Notes under the pieces: generated by a model
What the model saw: only the letters and a program-made list of their open reading frames with translations
Told to the model about the DNA's origin: nothing
The model's database searches: none
In this document: piece after piece, positions 1 through 9,603 of the stretch
Numbering within the stretch: position 1 is the first letter of the stretch
Layout: the number at the start of each line of letters is the position of its first letter
From: a virus
Lineage: Duplodnaviria > Caudoviricetes
Direction: 5' to 3' (one strand)
Virus record (IMG/VR): IMGVR_UViG_3300037189_004920
Span: 816 to 64,815 of that record
DNA: 64,000 nt
Made by a program: the position numbers and the translations under genes

Positions 1-2
1 GT

Positions 3-851
3 GACGACAAGTTTGCTCCTGATAAGAGAAGCTGGTATGAAAAGCCATTTAAAGATGCAGAAGGTTCAATCAAGTTAAATCTTAAAGAGCCAGCGGCAAC
101 TACTACAACTGCTCCAGTTAGTAGATCAGTTGCATTAGGAAGAGCGGCACCAAAACCTGACGGCTCTCCACAAACTATTACTGTTAGTGATAATGGCGGC
201 AAACCAGACACATCTGCTAAGGAAGGACCAGTTGATCGCACAAACCCTGCAGTTAAAGACGCATTAGGTGCAAATCGTAATGGCGCACAAGAATCAAGCG
301 ATTGGCCAATGAAAACTATCAATGGTGTGAGAACTTTTGATCCGTTAAACATTGGTCGTTCTGATCCAAAAGAAAATATTGAATTACATGAAATGTCCAC
401 ACAGCTTAACTTGCTAGCGGAAGAATTAACTGAATGGAGCATGAGTGATAGAATTCACAAAGATGTTCCATATTCATATTCAGACGCCGCAACTGATGCA
501 GGCATTGCAGGTCTAGGAGCACTAGCCACTTATGCTACAGGCGGATTGGCAGCTCCAATTGCAGGTGCAGCCACTGTGGCACGTGGTGGTCGTTTAGCAA
601 ACATGCTAAACAAGGCCTACCAAGGTTCAAAAAATGTAGCTAAAGGTGCTAAAGAAATTGCAACTAATCCAGAAGTTAGAGCAGTGGCAAATAAAAACTT
701 ACCAGGAGTTGCGGCAACTGGTGTAAAAACTGGTACTGCTAGTGCTGGCGTGACTACAGGATTAAATGCTGCCAGTGATGCGTTAGATGAAACTAATGTT
801 GATAATACAACCACTGAACTTGAAAGAATAAAGAAACTGTCCAAAGGATAA
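3..851 (+). CDS. 5'-partial hypothetical protein, probable head-internal protein
   Basis: Frame of ORF 309..851 is open back to position 3; ends ELERIKKLSKG, a motif shared with neighbouring proteins. Confidence 0.6.
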   Translation, partial: DDKFAPDKRSWYEKPFKDAEGSIKLNLKEPAATTTTAPVSRSVALGRAAPKPDGSPQTITVSDNGGKPDTSAKEGPVDRTNPAVKDALGANRNGAQESSDWPMKTINGVRTFDPLNIGRSDPKENIELHEMSTQLNLLAEELTEWSMSDRIHKDVPYSYSDAATDAGIAGLGALATYATGGLAAPIAGAATVARGGRLANMLNKAYQGSKNVAKGAKEIATNPEVRAVANKNLPGVAATGVKTGTASAGVTTGLNAASDALDETNVDNTTTELERIKKLSKG

Positions 852-855
852 AATT

Positions 856-2121
856 ATGAAAATGCATGATATTACAAATGAAAACAAGCTCACTTCGGCA
901 GGTGAACTTGCGACAAAATTAGGCGGCAAAGCATGGTCTGGCGCTAAAGATATAGCTGGTAAAGTGTTTAACTGGAATGAGAAAAATGTTTATTCAAAAC
1001 CAGTACAAAAATCAGCAGATGACATTGCAGGGAAAAATGCAGATCGAGCCGCAAGAAGAGAACCATCAGAGCTAGCAGTTAAAAATGCTGAAAATGAATT
1101 GGCTAGAATTGCAGCCACTAAATCAGATGTACATGCAGTTGTTCCTGCAGGCAGTAAAATGCCGGTACCAAAAGATGAATATGTTAATAAATTGAATACA
1201 ACAATTGCTACTAACAATCCAATTATTAATAAAAATTCACCAATTAAACCTCCAGATTTTGACAAAGTGAGTAAATTAAGATACACATTACCTGTAGCAA
1301 CTGCTGATTTAGCGTTAGGTAAAGCAACTTCATCTACAGATGATCCTGAAGGCTACTCTGCTATTAGAGGCCTTGCAGGTCTTGCGAAAGATGCCGCAGT
1401 TGGGACCGCACAGCTTCCTGGAAAAGTTTTGACTGGATTAGACAAAGGCAATATATCAGCAGACCCAGAAGACGGCCCAAGTACAAGTGCAAAAGAAGTG
1501 GACCCAAATAAACCACAACTTGAAGAAAATATAAATGATATATTAAAATTATCTGGTGTTAAGCGTATTACCAGTAGAGACAATACATCGGGTTTAACTA
1601 AAGTAAAGGAAGTTACTACATTGAATGAATCAAAACAAATAGACGAGTGCGGAATGGGCATGCCGTCAAATAGTTCAACTCCTGCAACATTGAGCATTAA
1701 TGCTACAGCATCTAGTGGAGAAGAAGTGGCCAACATGTTAAAGAGCATTATGGACCTAGCAGGAGTTAAGCCAGTAACAGCAGACATGTTAGGCGGACCA
1801 GTTGCTCCAATGCCTATGGTCAAAGCTATTGACATTGTTAGTACGCCAGATCACGACCATGATCATGATAGCATGGAACCACAAGAAGATGAATTAAATC
1901 AAAAGCCATTAACTGGCAGTATGGAAGAAGAGTATGCAAATACTCCAGAAGATCCAACTGATGTTCCAAAATATGATCCTGAAAAAATGGTATTCCGTCC
2001 TAATCAACCAGGACAAGGGGATAGAATGGATGGTACAATGCCCAAGGGTAATCCAGGATTAGGAGAAGGCCTAGCACAATCTCTACTCAAAGAGTACGAA
2101 GCTTTCAAAAATGGTCAATAA
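856..2121 (+). CDS. hypothetical protein, probable prohead core/internal protein
   Basis: 421 aa, low complexity, several hydrophobic-x-E motifs (QLEE, TLNE, QIDE) resembling T4 prohead protease sites; next to terminase. Confidence 0.5.
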   Translation: MKMHDITNENKLTSAGELATKLGGKAWSGAKDIAGKVFNWNEKNVYSKPVQKSADDIAGKNADRAARREPSELAVKNAENELARIAATKSDVHAVVPAGSKMPVPKDEYVNKLNTTIATNNPIINKNSPIKPPDFDKVSKLRYTLPVATADLALGKATSSTDDPEGYSAIRGLAGLAKDAAVGTAQLPGKVLTGLDKGNISADPEDGPSTSAKEVDPNKPQLEENINDILKLSGVKRITSRDNTSGLTKVKEVTTLNESKQIDECGMGMPSNSSTPATLSINATASSGEEVANMLKSIMDLAGVKPVTADMLGGPVAPMPMVKAIDIVSTPDHDHDHDSMEPQEDELNQKPLTGSMEEEYANTPEDPTDVPKYDPEKMVFRPNQPGQGDRMDGTMPKGNPGLGEGLAQSLLKEYEAFKNGQ

Positions 2122-2142
2122 ATATTCCTAACAGGAACAAAT

Positions 2143-2167
2143 AAAGCCTGCCCAGCGCAGGCTTTTT
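2143..2167 (+). terminator. intrinsic terminator-like hairpin
   Basis: AAAGCCTGC-CCAGC-GCAGGCTTT followed by TT. Confidence 0.6.
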
Positions 2168-2177
2168 AATCAAACAT

Positions 2178-3749
2178 ATGGCAAAAAGTTTAGACGGCGT
2201 ATTAATTAAAAAAGCTCACGTTCGACAAAAGTGGACCGAAGCTGAAATAGAACAAATGCTCAAATGTTCAGATCCTGTCACGGGTCCGGATTATTTTTTA
2301 AGAAACTTTTTCTACATACAGCATCCAACAAAAGGACAAATGTTATTTGAACCTTTTGAGTATCAAATGCGTTTGTTAGACAGCTATCATAATTACAGAT
2401 TTAATGTAAACATGATGCCACGTCAAACAGGTAAAACAACCACTGCGGCTGGTTACTTGCTTTGGTATGCCATGTTTAATCCAGACAGTACTATTCTTAT
2501 TGCGGCACACAAGTACACTGGCGCACAGGAAATTATGCAACGTGTTCGTTATGCTTACGAAATGTGTCCAGATTTTCTACGTGCAGGTGTTACTAGTTAT
2601 AATAAGGGCAGTGTTGAATTTGACAACGGATCACGTATAGTAAGTCAAACAACTACAGCTAACACTGGTCGTGGTATGTCTATTACACTACTCTACGCTG
2701 ACGAGTTTGCTTTCGTTCCACCTAACATAGCCAGTGAGTTTTGGACTTCTATATCTCCTACTTTGTCAACTGGTGGTAAAGCTATTATTACTAGCACACC
2801 AAACAGTGACGAAGATCAGTTTGCACAAATATGGAAAGAAGCAAACAAACGATTTGATGAATATGGTAATGAGCAAGATGTTGGCACAAACGGATTCCAT
2901 CCATTTAAAGCACATTGGAGTGAACATCCTGACAGAGATGAAAAATGGGCCAATGAAGAACGCTCACGCATTGGTGAAGAAAGATTCCGTCGTGAACACG
3001 AATGTGAATTTATTATCTTTGATGAGACATTGATTAGTGCATTATTCCTTGCAGAAATGGAAGGGGTAGAACCAATCATGCGTGTAGGTCAGGTGCGCTG
3101 GTATAGCAAAATACAAAAGAATAAAAATTATCTAGTCAGTTTAGATCCTAGTTTAGGAACTGGCGGTGACTACAGTGCTGTTGAAGTATTTGAAATACCT
3201 GGAATGAAACAGGTGGCTGAATGGCATCATAATATGACTCCAGTTCAAGCACAGGTTAGAATATTAAAAGAAATTTGCAAATATATAACTGAAGAATCAG
3301 GTGGCGGGGACAATGCTCCTAAAGTATATTACAGTGTGGAAAATAACACCGTAGGAGAAGCCGCTCTAGTTTCTATTAATGAAATTGGAGAGGAAAATAT
3401 ACCAGGATTGTTTATCAGTGAACCCATACGCAAAGGACACGTTCGCAAGTTCCGTAAGGGATTTAACACTACCCATAATAGTAAAATTTCTGCTTGCGCC
3501 AAGCTAAAACAACTGATTGAAACTAAATCAATTGACATTAAAAGTAAAGCACTTATTAGCCAACTCAAGGCATTTATTGCTTCTGGAACCAGTTTTGGGG
3601 CTAAACAAGGGGAGCATGATGACCTTGTAATGAGTATGTTAGTAGCAGTACGTATGCTAGGAGTACTCAGTGATTGGGATCCACAAGTATATGATCTTCT
3701 AAGAAAGGGCGAAGATGTGGTCATGCCAATGCCCATATTCATGAGCTAA
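2178..3749 (+). CDS. terL: terminase large subunit (T4 gp17-like)
   Basis: Walker A PRQTGKTT, Walker B LLYADEFAF, STPN motif, nuclease motifs SLDPSLGTGGDYS and HDDLVM. Confidence 0.95.
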   Translation: MAKSLDGVLIKKAHVRQKWTEAEIEQMLKCSDPVTGPDYFLRNFFYIQHPTKGQMLFEPFEYQMRLLDSYHNYRFNVNMMPRQTGKTTTAAGYLLWYAMFNPDSTILIAAHKYTGAQEIMQRVRYAYEMCPDFLRAGVTSYNKGSVEFDNGSRIVSQTTTANTGRGMSITLLYADEFAFVPPNIASEFWTSISPTLSTGGKAIITSTPNSDEDQFAQIWKEANKRFDEYGNEQDVGTNGFHPFKAHWSEHPDRDEKWANEERSRIGEERFRREHECEFIIFDETLISALFLAEMEGVEPIMRVGQVRWYSKIQKNKNYLVSLDPSLGTGGDYSAVEVFEIPGMKQVAEWHHNMTPVQAQVRILKEICKYITEESGGGDNAPKVYYSVENNTVGEAALVSINEIGEENIPGLFISEPIRKGHVRKFRKGFNTTHNSKISACAKLKQLIETKSIDIKSKALISQLKAFIASGTSFGAKQGEHDDLVMSMLVAVRMLGVLSDWDPQVYDLLRKGEDVVMPMPIFMS

Positions 3750-3767
3750 GAAAGCATAAATATCATT

Positions 3768-6245
3768 ATGATTAATCAAGACATTATCGCACAAGACTTG
3801 TTCTATAAAATCCGTAGCAGATTTCCCAAGATGGAAATGGGCGACGGTGATGGACAACCTACATTTGAAGCTACTAAGGGCAGATTGTTTGATTTTGATG
3901 CTGTATTTGAAGGTACTAATTTAGGCACCGTTAGTATCAGTATCAACGAACCTGGTAGTTTAAAAATTTACTTCAACAGAAATATCTTAGAAGATGTAGA
4001 TCCAATTATATCAAAAACATGGTATAATTTTTTAAAAGAAATGAGAAAGTTTGCCATGAAGCGATTAATGAGCTTTGACACAAGAGATATTTCTAAAACA
4101 AATTTAGACAAAAGAGATTACGGTTATTTGGCCAAAAAGGAATCAGTTATGAATGAATCACTTATGAAAGGCACTAGTCGCACTAGTTATAAGCCTTTGG
4201 AAAAGACACGTTTAATTATTAGACACAGCAAAACAGTAGATGAGTCTATTCCAGGAGCACGTAGCAGAAACATCGAAGCATTGTTTATTGAAAATGCTAT
4301 TGGTGAAAGATACAAGTATCCATTCAATCATAAAGTTGGTGCAGAAGCAATGCAACGACACGTGGCCAATGGCGGACTACCACATGACCCAATAGGCAAA
4401 AAAATTATTGAAATGAGTGAAGACATTGCTAAACTAAAATCATTCAAACATTATGTTCAAAAAGAAGATTTAATGAACACTCAGAATAACCACATAGTGG
4501 AACGAGCAACTGCAAAACTAGAATCCTTAAAAGGTACCATGGCCAAGTTGAGTCGTCAACATCATTACGAAGAATTTAAAAACAGTTTTGGCACAGCAGT
4601 GTCCAGTGACGAACAGCCACTAATGGATCAAATTACATTAGAAGATTACAAAGACAAGTTTACTGTTAAAAGTTTTAAAGAAGATATCGCTGACATTTTT
4701 CCATTGATACATCGTATTATGCAGGAAAACAGTGATATTGATTTAGAAGAAGTCGCACAATTAGAAGACACTACAGAAGAAGTTAATTTAGAAGACCTAG
4801 TGTCTGAAAGTCCAGATCATCAATTTGACACATGGACTACAACACTAATTGAAACAAGACTGACTCCTGAAGAAATAAATTCATTAAAAGGTCTATTGAG
4901 TGAACACTTCCCTGTTGGCATCAATGGCGACAGTGCTACAGGTGCGTTAGAAGAATTAGGCATCAACTTATCCAATAAAGTGAAACAAGACTTAGCACAA
5001 CTAGCAGAATCAGAAGGTCCAGATTCAGATGCAAAAGATCTAGTAATTGAATATCTAAGCAAATACGAACCAGAAGTGTATGGAGCACTGGATATTCAAA
5101 TGGCTGAAAGTAATGAAGTCAATGAAGGACAGTCCTCAGTTGAACTCAATGGAAAAGCAGTCGATGTTCAAAGTTTAGAAATTGACGGTGTAGATACACG
5201 TGACTATCCAGATTTTGCTGATGCATATTTTAGTGCAGGGTCATTTGAAGATGGCACAGAATTATCAGATCAAGATTTAGAACAACTTAGAGATCAACAC
5301 GGTGACTTGCTTCACGAACTAGTGTTTGATAGTTTACATGAAAATTTAAAAGTAGTACCAAATCCAAGTGGTGCATCAAGTGCTGATGATGCCAAACGAT
5401 TAGGGGCATTGATGCCAGCTAATGCTGGTGAAAAAGATCCTATTGCTACTAAGGAAAATACAGGAGATCAAACTCCTGAAGAAAGAAAAGCTGCCGCAGA
5501 GTATACTGCCAAAGTAGCAATGGCTATACGCAAAGGTGAAATTAAACCAGAAGACATTGAAAGTGAATTTTTTAATACACTACCAATGATGGGTGTGAGT
5601 GACGAAAGAACTTATGCCGCTTGGGATAGAATAACCAATCACAGCGGTGAACAAAAACCTAAAGCCGCAATGAGCGACAAAGATATAGATGCACAGTTAA
5701 AGGGCATTGATAACGAAGAAGACGATGACGCCCAATTTATTGCCAATCTAAAGAATCAAGCCAAGAGTGGCGGCATTAAACAAGACAACACAGGCTTTGG
5801 TGCAGAAGTCAACGAAAGAGAAGGCGCCGCACAAGAGGGCAAAGGCGATAACTCAAATATGAAAAAGATTGCAGAGTTTATCATGGGATTCTATGATCGT
5901 AACACTGGCAACTTCCCATTAGGTGAAACAGGTGTTGCTATCAAAGTACAAAAAGAATTTGGCGATAAAGCAGGCGAGCTAGCAGAACGATTAATTCAAA
6001 AAATGGCAAATCAAAATCAAGTTGAACAAACTAGTCAACAAATGTTTGAAGATCTAAAGAAACTAAGTGGGCAAATTAAGTCTAGCGGTCTAACTGCTAT
6101 AAACAAATCACCAACTACAACTAAAAAGATTAATGAAGGCACTGACCACACTGAATTACAAAGATTGGCAGGAATAGGCACAAAGACAAAAGCAACTGGT
6201 AAATCCAGTGAAGTATTTGATTTGAAAAAGTTAGCCGGAATCTAA
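3768..6245 (+). CDS. large acidic hypothetical protein, probable virion/head component
   Basis: 825 aa; TAAATA 5 nt before ATG; many x-x-E motifs and repeated LKKLSG/LQRLAG/LKKLAG. Confidence 0.5.
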   Translation: MINQDIIAQDLFYKIRSRFPKMEMGDGDGQPTFEATKGRLFDFDAVFEGTNLGTVSISINEPGSLKIYFNRNILEDVDPIISKTWYNFLKEMRKFAMKRLMSFDTRDISKTNLDKRDYGYLAKKESVMNESLMKGTSRTSYKPLEKTRLIIRHSKTVDESIPGARSRNIEALFIENAIGERYKYPFNHKVGAEAMQRHVANGGLPHDPIGKKIIEMSEDIAKLKSFKHYVQKEDLMNTQNNHIVERATAKLESLKGTMAKLSRQHHYEEFKNSFGTAVSSDEQPLMDQITLEDYKDKFTVKSFKEDIADIFPLIHRIMQENSDIDLEEVAQLEDTTEEVNLEDLVSESPDHQFDTWTTTLIETRLTPEEINSLKGLLSEHFPVGINGDSATGALEELGINLSNKVKQDLAQLAESEGPDSDAKDLVIEYLSKYEPEVYGALDIQMAESNEVNEGQSSVELNGKAVDVQSLEIDGVDTRDYPDFADAYFSAGSFEDGTELSDQDLEQLRDQHGDLLHELVFDSLHENLKVVPNPSGASSADDAKRLGALMPANAGEKDPIATKENTGDQTPEERKAAAEYTAKVAMAIRKGEIKPEDIESEFFNTLPMMGVSDERTYAAWDRITNHSGEQKPKAAMSDKDIDAQLKGIDNEEDDDAQFIANLKNQAKSGGIKQDNTGFGAEVNEREGAAQEGKGDNSNMKKIAEFIMGFYDRNTGNFPLGETGVAIKVQKEFGDKAGELAERLIQKMANQNQVEQTSQQMFEDLKKLSGQIKSSGLTAINKSPTTTKKINEGTDHTELQRLAGIGTKTKATGKSSEVFDLKKLAGI

Positions 6246-6258
6246 ATATTAATTTCAG

Positions 6259-6287
6259 TTGACTTGCTAAATAAAAGCGTATACAAT
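6259..6287 (+). promoter_or_regulatory. sigma70-type promoter with embedded TAAATA box upstream of SSB
   Basis: TTGACT-N17-TACAAT; TAAATA at 6268-6273; overlapping inverted repeat 6274-6303. Confidence 0.65.
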
Positions 6288-6368
6288 AACATGTATGCGC
6301 TTTTTGTTTTGTGTAGTGGCACATTACAAAGTAAGGCAAACTAAAGGCATATTATAAGGAGAAACATT

Positions 6369-7364
6369 ATGGCATCTTTAGCAGAAATTAGAGCAAAACT
6401 TCAAGAACAAAACAGCCGCACCCAAAGCGGTGGTCAAACAGGTGGCGACAACGCCATTTTCCCTCACTGGAACATTGCAGAAGGACAAGAAGTAACTGTC
6501 CGTTTCATTCCAGACAGCGATCCAAATAACACATTTTTCTGGGCAGAACGTGCCATGATCAAACTACCATTTGCTGGTATCAAAGGTCAAACAGATTCAC
6601 GTCCAGTTACTGTACAAGTTCCTTGTATGGAAATGTGGGGAGAAACTTGTCCTATTCTAACTGAGGTACGTCCTTGGTTTAAAGACAAGAGTTTGGAAGA
6701 CATGGGTCGTAAGTATTGGAAGAAAAAGTCTTACGTTTTCCAAGGGTTTGTGGTTGACGCTGGCAAGTTCAAAGAAGATAGAACTCCAGAAAATCCAATC
6801 CGTCGTTTCATTATTGGTCCTCAGATTTTTAACATTATCAAGGCCGCATTGATGGACAATGAGATTGAAGAAATGCCAACTGACTATGTTCGTGGTCTTG
6901 ACTTCAAAATTGTTAAAACTACTAAGGGTGGCTACGCTGACTATAGCACAAGCAAATGGTCACGCAGAGAAACAAGCATCACACAAGAACAACAAGATGC
7001 TATCAAAGCAAACGGGTTGTTCAATCTAAGGGATTTCCTTCCTAAGAAGCCAACTGATGTTGAACTCAAAGTCATCAAAGAAATGTTTGAAGCAAGCGTT
7101 GATGGCGAAGCATTTGACATGGATCGTTGGGGACAATACTACAAACCAGCTGGCGCAACAGGCAGTGGTCGTGGTGGCGATGCTGAAGCAGATGTTGGAG
7201 CAGTTGATGTTGCTACACCTGTGGCAATTGCACAACCAGCAGTTAGAACAGAATCTGTTGCTCAAACAACAGCACCTGCACAAGAAGCTGGCAAATCACC
7301 AAGTAGTGAAAGAGCGCAAGATATTCTTGCCGCAATTCGCGCACGTCAAAATAAATCAGAATAA
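6369..7364 (+). CDS. single-stranded DNA-binding protein (T4 gp32-like)
   Basis: VRFIP, C-x7-CP zinc-site remnant, GLDFKIVK, YADYSTSKW; AGGAG RBS; directly upstream of UvsX. Confidence 0.85.
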   Translation: MASLAEIRAKLQEQNSRTQSGGQTGGDNAIFPHWNIAEGQEVTVRFIPDSDPNNTFFWAERAMIKLPFAGIKGQTDSRPVTVQVPCMEMWGETCPILTEVRPWFKDKSLEDMGRKYWKKKSYVFQGFVVDAGKFKEDRTPENPIRRFIIGPQIFNIIKAALMDNEIEEMPTDYVRGLDFKIVKTTKGGYADYSTSKWSRRETSITQEQQDAIKANGLFNLRDFLPKKPTDVELKVIKEMFEASVDGEAFDMDRWGQYYKPAGATGSGRGGDAEADVGAVDVATPVAIAQPAVRTESVAQTTAPAQEAGKSPSSERAQDILAAIRARQNKSE

Positions 7365-7381
7365 TTTAGGAGGGTTTACGA

Positions 7382-8446
7382 ATGGGAAAGGCATTTGATG
7401 TCTCTAAGTTTCGTAAAACCCTCACTAAGTCTATTGATGGGCTTGGTGTTGGTTTTAACGATCCTACAGACTGGATTAGTACAGGAAACTTTGCACTCAA
7501 TTACTTGATCAGTGGTGACTTTAACAAGGGTATTCCTTTGGGCAAGGTCACTGTGTTCGCAGGTGAAAGTGGTGCAGGTAAAAGTTATATTTGCTCAGGC
7601 AATATTGTAAGACATGCACAAGAGCAAGGAATTTTTGTTGTCCTAGTAGACAGCGAAAATGCACTTGATGAAAAATGGTTGCATGCCTTAGGTGTTGATA
7701 CTAGTGAAAACAAACTACTTAAACTTAACATGGCTATGATTGATGACGTGGCAAAAACTATCCACGAATTCATGAAAGAGTATAAAACAATGCCAGATGG
7801 CGAACGTCCAAAAGTATTGTTTGTCATTGACAGTTTAGGTATGCTATTGACTCCTACTGACATTAATCAGTTTGAAGCAGGTGATTTGAAAGGTGACATG
7901 GGCCGTAAGCCTAAAGCACTTACAGCACTTGTTCGTAACTGTGTAAACATGTTTGGTAGTTACAATGTTGGTCTAGTAGCAACTAATCATACATACGCAA
8001 GTCAAGACATGTTTGATCCTGATGACAAGATCTCAGGCGGACAAGGCTTTATCTATGCGTCTAGTATTGTTGTGGCCATGCGTAAGTTGAAGTTGAAAAC
8101 AGACGCAGATGGTAACAAAACTACTACAGTTAATGGTATTCGTGCCGCTTGTAAAATTATGAAAACACGCTATGCAAAACCTTTTGAAAGCGTTCAAGTT
8201 GAAATTCCTTACGAAGCTGGTATGAGTCCTTTTAGTGGTCTAGTCGATCTTGCTGAAGCAAAAGGTCTTCTTAAGAAAGAAGGCAACAGTCTTGTTTATG
8301 TTACACCAGATGGTGAGATCATTAAACAATTCCGAAAGGCTTGGCAAAATAACGAAAAAGACGGTCTTACAATTATTATGGCTAATTACAATACTTCATT
8401 GGCAAAAGTAGAAGCAAGTGAAGCAATTGTAGAGGAAACTGAATAA
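7382..8446 (+). CDS. uvsX: RecA-like recombinase (UvsX)
   Basis: ISTG, GESGAGKS, DSENA, VIDSLG, ISGG motifs. Confidence 0.92.
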   Translation: MGKAFDVSKFRKTLTKSIDGLGVGFNDPTDWISTGNFALNYLISGDFNKGIPLGKVTVFAGESGAGKSYICSGNIVRHAQEQGIFVVLVDSENALDEKWLHALGVDTSENKLLKLNMAMIDDVAKTIHEFMKEYKTMPDGERPKVLFVIDSLGMLLTPTDINQFEAGDLKGDMGRKPKALTALVRNCVNMFGSYNVGLVATNHTYASQDMFDPDDKISGGQGFIYASSIVVAMRKLKLKTDADGNKTTTVNGIRAACKIMKTRYAKPFESVQVEIPYEAGMSPFSGLVDLAEAKGLLKKEGNSLVYVTPDGEIIKQFRKAWQNNEKDGLTIIMANYNTSLAKVEASEAIVEETE

Positions 8447-8448
8447 TC

Positions 8449-8697
8449 ATGGAAGAGCATTTAATCATTGAAGTTTGGGATTTATTTAAAGAGTATATTC
8501 CAGGTAAGAATATCGACATTGCTGCCAATCATTTTGTTGACTTTTTAGTTGACAAAGATGTTGACATAAAAACTTTAGAAAGTCTGCAAGGATTAGATAG
8601 TCATTTAGACGAAGCAATCAAAGCCCTACTTCGCGAGGAGCAGGGTTATGATGATGCAGATGAAGATGAAGAATCTTACGAAGACGAGGACTATTAA
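8449..8697 (+). CDS. small acidic hypothetical protein
   Basis: 82 aa, GAGG RBS, coupled to flanking genes. Confidence 0.7.
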   Translation: MEEHLIIEVWDLFKEYIPGKNIDIAANHFVDFLVDKDVDIKTLESLQGLDSHLDEAIKALLREEQGYDDADEDEESYEDEDY

Positions 8698-9149
8698 TGT
8701 GGTACAACAAGGTAAGTAAGGACCTCGGCGAGCTTCCCGCTTGCCTTGAGTACTATTATGACCAAATGGTTCTAGCACAGCAGGAATGTAAGATTTATGG
8801 TAGTTTGGAAAAAGCAAGCTCAATGTTGCCTGGCATTGTTGAGCTTCGCTTTAACCAATTACAAGAGATTGAAGCAATACTAGAATACCTAAATATTGAA
8901 TTACGAAGATTACGTAGTAAAACTTTTAGAAAATACTTAGAAAACTATCAACGTGCATTGAGTAGTCGAGATGTTGAAAAGTACGTAGACGGTGAAGCTG
9001 ATGTTGTAGACTTTGAAAAACTAATAAACGAGTTTGCATTGATTAGAAACAAGTGGCTTGGTATTATCAAAGCTCTTGATATTAAACAATGGCAAATGAG
9101 TAATATTATTAAGCTAAGAACTGCAGGAATGGAGGATGTAACTGTATGA
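8697..9149 (+). CDS. uvsY: recombination mediator (UvsY-like)
   Basis: 150 aa helical protein with DVEKYVDGE and WQMSNIIKLRTAG C-terminus; near UvsX and UvsW. Confidence 0.75.
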   Translation: MWYNKVSKDLGELPACLEYYYDQMVLAQQECKIYGSLEKASSMLPGIVELRFNQLQEIEAILEYLNIELRRLRSKTFRKYLENYQRALSSRDVEKYVDGEADVVDFEKLINEFALIRNKWLGIIKALDIKQWQMSNIIKLRTAGMEDVTV

Positions 9150-9571
9150 CCAGAAAAATTTACATAGGTGACATTAATGGAACCGCTGATTCCTGTCTAG
9201 ATAAAATTAAACGTACCAGTGAAGAAAGTTTACATTTCCATATTATTAAAAAAAGTGATTTGGTCAAACATGAATTGACCAAAGATGCAGGGTCTGATGT
9301 TTTTCAGTTCTTTGTACCATTTTTTAATCAGTATCAAGGTCTTGCATTATATGTTACTGATCAATTTGTATCAAAATTTGATGTAGATAAATTCTTTAGC
9401 AGTGTAGTGCATCAAAACTTAGGTTCAATTGTTTATTTTTCTCAGCATGATGCTTGGTTATTCAATTGTGACGACCCAGCAATAAGAATACTCACTCCTG
9501 ATTATGTCAATAGTGCAACTAATCAGCAAATTAAAGAAACCATTTCAATAACTGTAATACAAGATATTTGA
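9146..9571 (+). CDS. hypothetical protein, possibly degenerate glycosyltransferase-like
   Basis: FFVPFFNQYQGLALY and LFNC...LTPDYVN resemble phage glycosyltransferases, but no DxD is visible. Confidence 0.35.
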   Translation: MTRKIYIGDINGTADSCLDKIKRTSEESLHFHIIKKSDLVKHELTKDAGSDVFQFFVPFFNQYQGLALYVTDQFVSKFDVDKFFSSVVHQNLGSIVYFSQHDAWLFNCDDPAIRILTPDYVNSATNQQIKETISITVIQDI

Positions 9572-9596
9572 CTTCACCATATTTTTCATGTATAAT
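9568..9596 (+). promoter_or_regulatory. sigma70-type promoter, predicted leaderless transcript
   Basis: TTGACT-N17-TATAAT with ATG 7 nt downstream. Confidence 0.75.
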
Positions 9597-9603
9597 TTAA
9601 AAT

